DNA from: the human T2T-CHM13v2.0 reference genome, Homo sapiens
NCBI RefSeq assembly: GCF_009914755.1
Contig: NC_060938.1
Reading direction: 5' to 3' (one strand)
Length of the DNA: 64,000 nt
A program made the translations under genes and the position numbers. Below are positions 57,855 to 64,000 of this stretch, one piece after another. The stretch's first letter is position 1. The number at the start of each line of letters is the position of its first letter. The notes under the pieces were generated by a model. That model searched no databases, was not told the origin of the DNA, and saw nothing but the letters and a program-made list of their open reading frames with translations.

Positions 57855-59289
57855 AAACTTTCTCTTTGTCACTTAGTTTGAAGCTCTTTGAGATTTCCTT
57901 GGCTTTGTTTTGCAGATACCAATTCAGCCTTGGCCACGTCTATGTTAATATTCCACCTCTCTGTTGAATAATTTCATTTTGTCAATTATATTTTAAATAT
58001 CCACGTACTCTTCCTTTATTCCTGATGCTTTCTTTTCATAGGAGCATTCATATTTTGTGAAAGCAAAATCCTCTTGAATCTTTCTGAGGATACTCATTTA
58101 GAATTTTTAAGTTTTCTTCTATTCCTTGAATTTTCTGGTTCCTGGGAGGGTTTAGTTGTTTTATTTGGTCTTTCCCTTTCATATTTCTGATTTCCTTCAA
58201 AAATCTAGCTTCTTTGAGATTCCTTTTATTTATGAATGAAGGACTTAGGCTGACTGGTACAGAGGGCTGAAGTAGGTTTCTTCTGTAGTTTTGTAGGAAG
58301 GTTTTCCCAACAGATTCTTTAATGGGATGGCTGATTTTTGGTGTTGGGTAAGTAGGTGAGTTGTCCCAGAAACCAGTCCACTTTGATCCCCAGCTGCGGG
58401 GTATACAAATTGAGTCCTCTGATGTAAGGGGCAAGTGGTGTCCACCTCAAACATTAATAGGACATGAACCTCAGCATATCAAAGGCTGTTTTCTGAAATA
58501 CTTTGACTGAGATTTTCAATTTTATACCCCTTTTATAGTCTCAATGTGCATGAAGGATTTATGAATTGATTAACTTTTTATCAGCCACCTATCTTGAAAA
58601 TTGTTATCTCTTGTTTAGTATCTTATTTCGGAAAGCAGCATCTTCTTGAATCTTGTTTTCTCTGCCCAATTTTTCATTTTAATTTTATGAGATATTTATG
58701 ACATTTTTGAGATATTTATGAAATATACACATAGGAAAAATTCCTAAGAGTGTGTGAAAGTGTGTTCAGTCTTAACTTTGAGAATCACTGGGTTAGGTGA
58801 TGGAAGTGGTTGTGGCTGACTCAATTATTAGCCATCTCAGGGTTTTTCAAACAATTGATGTTATTGCCTTTTCCCCACCTACACCTCCTCAAGTCACTGC
58901 ACAGAAGCAGCAGCCAGAGGACAGAGGAAGGGGAGAAAACCCTGCGGGTAAGATGGGTCTTGTGCCACCATCAGCTTCACCCCTGATTTACTATGTGACC
59001 CTAGGTAATAACCATAATTGCTCCTATTGGCTGAGGGCTTCCTATAGGTCAGGCACTGTGCCAAGTCTTCTACATGCATATTTCCAATCATTTCTCACAA
59101 CAATTCCATGACAGCAACCCCATAATCACCCCAGGCTTACTGAGGCTCAGAGGGAATACTACGATGGTTACGTAACTCTGTGAATATATGAAAACCCACT
59201 GTGCTATATGCTTTAAATGGGGGAATTTTATGGTATATGAATTGTATGTCAATAAAGCTGTTATTAAGTGGTGTATTTTTTCCAATCTG

Positions 59290-60110
59290 AAGTGGAAGTG
59301 ATTAAAATTATGAATAAGATTAAGCATCTTTTCTTATGTTTAATGGTAATTTTTTTCTTTACATAACTTTTATTCCCTTAAAAAACTTGGGTTGTTGGCC
59401 TTTTACTTACTGATTCATAAGAGCTCAAGATTGTTCTACCGCATGTTACAAATATTTTCCTATGTTGCGATTTGATTTTTTTTGCTTTATTCATGTTCTT
59501 TTTGCCCATGAGAAAATACCAATTTTTATTGAGGTAAATTCATTCAACTTTTCTTTATGTATTTAGGGATTTGCATCATGGTTATTAAGGTCTTCTTAAC
59601 CCCAACATCAGCCTCAGGGTGATTAAAAAAAATCCATGCTTTCTTCTAGTACATTTATGGTTTCTTTTTAAAATGTTTAATGCTTTATCCATCTGGAATG
59701 GGAGTAATGTGTAGAAACCTAGCCTATTTTTTTTCCAGATGGTTGGCCAGCTGTCCCAACATAATTTAATAATTAATATATCTTAGCTTCATCCATCAGA
59801 AATGTCATGTCTACCATGTATTAAACTCCCATATGTGTTTGGTTCTACGTTTATACCCTTTATTCTATTTCAATGATGTTTCTGTCAATTCCTCCATCAG
59901 TACCAAACTCTTTTATTGGTGAAGGTTTATAATTAATTTAAAACATGGTGAAGTTCTTGCTTCTTTTGCTTCTGTCTGGGAATTTTCATGGCTTATCTCT
60001 TATGCTTAATTTTTTTTTTTTAAAGGATGACTTTAGTTTAAATGATCAAGTTCCAATAAAAGTTTTGTTGGGTTTTTTATTTGATAGTGTAGAATTTATA
60101 CATTTAATTA
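59290..60110 (-). mobile_element. Ancient L1M ORF2-region fragment
   Basis: agcatcttttcttatgtttaatgg; ttcttctagtacatttatggtttc; tttatccatctggaat. Confidence 0.65.
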
Positions 60111-60119
60111 GAGACTATT

Positions 60120-61372
60120 CCCTGCATGATTAAAGATGCTCTCCTTCCTGGTTTCCTCCAACCTTTTGATTTCCCAGCCCTGTCTCTTTCACTCTTTGAT
60201 GGTCCCCAGAGTTAGGTCGTTGGTAAGAGGACCGTATAATTTATGGTCAAACCTGGGACACCTGAGATTAAACAGTTGCTATTAATAGTGATGCTGGGAC
60301 AACAGGTGTAAACTAGGACTATCCCGGGCAAACCTGGATGTATGCACCCACCAGTCACTGGCCCCATTCCAATGTACAATTCTTTTCCTTTGTGATCTTA
60401 ACCATTGCCATGGCATCAATGACAACCCATGTGCTAATTATACTAAAGTTTGCATCAGACTTTTCTCTTGAGCTCCTGATCCCATATTTCTAACATTACA
60501 CCAAGTATCTCACCCACATGCCCCTCAGCCACCTCAAACTCAAGTTGGATTCAGCATCCCTTCAAAGTGGGCTCCCTTCCTGCCTCTCAGTGAACTCAGC
60601 CATCCTGTCGTTAGAGCTGGATACCTTGCCAGGACCTGGAACTCATCCAGCTCCCTCGTTGCCCCTGCCAGTCTCCAAATCCTTTCAATTCTATCACTGA
60701 CATAGCTTCTGGATCCACCCCCACTTCTTATCATTGTCCTTGCCTTACTTAGGGTCTCATTACCTCCTCTCTGGATCATTACAACAGCTTCCTTTCTGCT
60801 CTTCTTGCTCTAGGTTTCTCTCACTTCAGTTCAGTCTCCTATCAGAGTGAAAATGTTTAAATGTGATTGAGTCACTCACCTGCTTAAAGATTTGTGCTGG
60901 CTCCACCTTGCCAATTCCTTGTTATGGTGTGTAAGAACACAATCTAGTTCTGGCCTCCAATTTCAGTTCTCACATCTCCTGACCCAAATGTACTTTGCTA
61001 ACACTGAAAGTCACCCCATTGCCCAAATACACCCTATCCTGTCCACAATTCTGTTTCCGCATAAGCTGAGCTCACTAAAATGCCCTCCCTGTTCTTCTCT
61101 ACCAAAAGAAACCTCCTCAAAAAGATAAAACCTTGTCTTCTTTGTGAAGCTTTCCCCAATTCTCCCAGGCAGTGATCTCTCTTTCTAGCACTCCTGAAAC
61201 TCCTCTTCCTACCTTCCATCCACCCGTTACACTGTGACCCCGCTGTCTGTTAGATGTCTCCCTCATGTACCAAACTGGCTGCTCATTAAGGGCATAGATG
61301 TGTTTCCCCAGAACATGGTATTTGAGTGCTTGATAGATTTTTGTTAAATAAATGTATAAATGATCATATGAA
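60120..61372 (+). mobile_element. L2 LINE 3' region with a MER81/MER94-like MITE at ~60223-60350
   Basis: cttttctcttgagctcc..cacctcaaactcaa; 3' end agtgcttgatagatttttgttaaataaatg; MITE ctgggacaacaggtgtaaactaggactatcccgggcaaacc. Confidence 0.7.
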
Positions 61373-61420
61373 TGGTTTGTGACTACCTATGAATTCCATT
61401 AGGTAGTCACAAACCATTCA
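61369..61420. repeat. Perfect inverted repeat, 21-bp arms with a 10-nt spacer
   Basis: tgaatggtttgtgactaccta [tgaattccat] taggtagtcacaaaccattca. Confidence 0.97.
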
Positions 61421-61469
61421 CATTATCAAGAGCAATATCCAAGGGCAACCTTATAATAAATTCAAATTA

Positions 61470-61710
61470 TTAATAGTAGGAGTTATATAGGAGGATCTAC
61501 TTTAGGTATTATTTTAGGCCTTTCAGAGATATTGTCTCTTTTAGTCTTCAAAATAGCCTGACAAGATAGGGTTATTTTTTTTTTCTTACCCGTTTTACTG
61601 TTAAGGAGTAAACAACACAGGTTGAAGGAGATTGAGTAGCTTTTTTAAAGGAGCAATAGCTAGTAAGTGGGATTGGAACCAGTTCTACTTGACTCCAGAA
61701 TCCACTCTTT
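61470..61710 (-). mobile_element. MIR
   Basis: cccgttttactgttaagga..agctagtaagtgggattggaaccag..tgactccaga. Confidence 0.65.
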
Positions 61711-64000
61711 TCTCCCTTTCTAAGTTCACTTGGAGACAACTTTTCCCTCCCAACATTGCCAAACCTGGGACACCTGAGATTAAACAGGTTGCTATTAATA
61801 ATGATTTTTTGGGATCACATCTGTTTCTCACCATCCTTGACATCTCTTTTTCTCTTCCCTCCTTATCTCTTCACCCAGAAGCTGGTTCAAGGGCCTATGG
61901 TCTCTGGCTTATGACCCCCAGGTTGTTCCCAGCACCCTCAGGCCATCGAGGGGTCATCTATTACTGCTGTCCAAGGTGAGAATGAACTGATGTGAGAAGC
62001 AAATCTGCTTCTGTGTACCAATGGGGAGGGCCAGACAAGGCTCGTGGGTCTCCTTCTTTCCTCCAAAAAACACATAATCCTTTAACAGGGGTCCCCTGGA
62101 GACACTGCCTTGTTTGTTGTTCAACACAGAGTGGGTGAGATGAATGGTGGGAAATAAGGCCGAGAAGGAAAGACCTCGTGGAAGCTGCTGCTCAGGCAGA
62201 TGTTTCAGGATGCAGGAGGCTCAGGCCACAGCATTAGAGGCTGCCTGCCTGGCCTGTGGGCAGAGCAGTTTCAGTTCATAATCTTATTTAAACATTATTA
62301 CAATGAACAATACATGCTTATTGTAGCCAACTTAGATAATTCAGCAATCACAAGGAAAAAAATCACTCATAATCTGGCTATAATGTGTAAACTTTAAAAC
62401 ATTTTTTTCTATCCCCCCTTTTCCTCAAGGAAATAGTGTTCTTACTGTGAATACATTTGGATGTATATATTTCATGGTTATTGAACAGTCTTCCTCCACA
62501 CCATTTTGCATGTGTTCATGGCAGTCAGGTAGATACACTTCAGCCACTGTCTTGGCGTGGCCTCCTGTGGTTTAGGAATGAGGGAGCTGGGACAATTGAG
62601 GAGGCAAATGGCAGCATCAAAGTCAGATGACTGACCCAAGGCCACCTCACAATTCTATAACATTTGGCTTAGACACTGTAAGTTAGGACAAGAAGGAGCT
62701 TTGGAAATGACCTTGCTGGGCATCTCTTTATGTTTGAAGACACTGAACTGAGAGGAGGCGGCTCTTGCCGTAGGCCCCTGAGGCCATCACTGGCAAGTAG
62801 GACCTGGAACCCAGGAATCCTGATTCTTTGTCCAGAGCTTTTTCTGCTCTTTCACAAAACACCATCTTGCCTTCTTAGAAGAGTGTGAAGAATTTGGAGA
62901 GATTTCACTGATCGTGGTGACACAGAGGTTAGAAGGTAAGCGCTATGAGGGAAGAAAAAAGCAGAAATTATGTGGAAAAGAGAAAGACAAAGTATGAATG
63001 ATCATGATCTTTATTAAAGTTTGAGGTAACTGTAATTAAAATGCGGATGGACTGTTAGGGATTCTGATAGATTATAAAGAAGAATTGGAGAGAAGGATGT
63101 ATTTTTTGATTGTCAGTAGAGTGGGTTATAAAGGGTCACAGCTGATATTTACAATAGGTAACCATGGTGTCAGGAAGGTGGCTTGAAGTAGACCTTCAAG
63201 GAAAGTGATAGTATACCCTTTGAAAGTAACTTGCTCAGGTCACAGAGCTATAATTGGCCACTCTGAGCCAGATAGAACCTGCGTGCTCTATCTCACAGGA
63301 CTATCTGAAATACCTCTCAGAACTGTCCATCTGGGGAAAGAAAAAAGGGAACATCTATCTGTTGGTTTATTTGCCCTATGGTCAAGTGTTGCTCTGCAAA
63401 GTGTTAATTCCCCTGCGCTTCTGGGTTGCTCTTATCTGAATCCATCCTTCCTGGCTAGTCCCAGGGTGGGACATGAAAAGCTTGTAGAGGAGAGGTGCTA
63501 TCAGGTCATGCCTGCTTGAGCTGGTCAAAACCTAGACAGAACTGGTCACTGAGGATGGATAAGAGGTGAGGCAGGGAAGATTAGGAGTTGTGTACAAGAA
63601 ATATTCTATATATTTGAACTAGAATGCAAATCTGGCTGGTTCCAGACAGAACATCCTGTGCAGCTGAGACTTCTTTTATTTCTAAAGACTTTTCAATGTA
63701 TATTTCCTCCAAAGCTTATATTCTTTTCATCATAGCCCACGGGGTAGGCTGCCATGATTGTTCCTGCTTGAGTCACATGATACCTCTAGAACAATCACTG
63801 TGGCCAGGGAGGCATGTTCTATAAAATGACCGCTGCTCTCTTTAAAATCATGTTTGGAGCTTAGCGAAAGGTACATTTCTCAGAAGACAAAACAGTGGAT
63901 GTCTCTTGTGATAGCAAATAATAATAATAGTTATCAAAACCTCTGATTCAAAGGCTCATGGTGCTTTCAGTTTTACTTAAAGCTCAGTTTTCATAGGAAC

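Overview
This is human (primate) non-coding genomic DNA, dense in transposable elements, with no intact protein-coding gene. Positions 1-1045 are a processed RPL13A retrocopy. Its 102-aa residual ORF (203-511) matches my recollection of RPL13AP3, which would place the window at 14q22.3; I did not verify this by search. If that is right, the minus-strand lncRNA LINC00520 (LEENE) should lie at about 14.9-30.5 kb. Independently, the sequence shows a coherent minus-strand model there: a THE1 LTR TATA box and splice donor at ~30.4 kb, a candidate internal exon at 29.1-29.3 kb, a strong acceptor at 16.74 kb, and AATAAA at 14.92 kb. The rest is a mosaic of about 15 Alus, L1/L2/MIR fragments, many MaLR/ERVL/ERV1 solo LTRs (several nested, with readable TSDs), and DNA-transposon MITEs including MER75 (piggyBac). 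It also holds a 5-kb twin-primed inverted L1PA and a HERV-E env + 3' LTR remnant. I found no evidence of a new biological system. The best second-look items are the LTR-driven lncRNA model, a perfect 21-bp-arm hairpin at 61.4 kb, CpG retention in the pseudogene, and a candidate STAT/KLF/CRE enhancer at 41.1-41.35 kb. Repeat subfamily names were assigned by eye from remembered consensus sequences and need RepeatMasker/Dfam confirmation.
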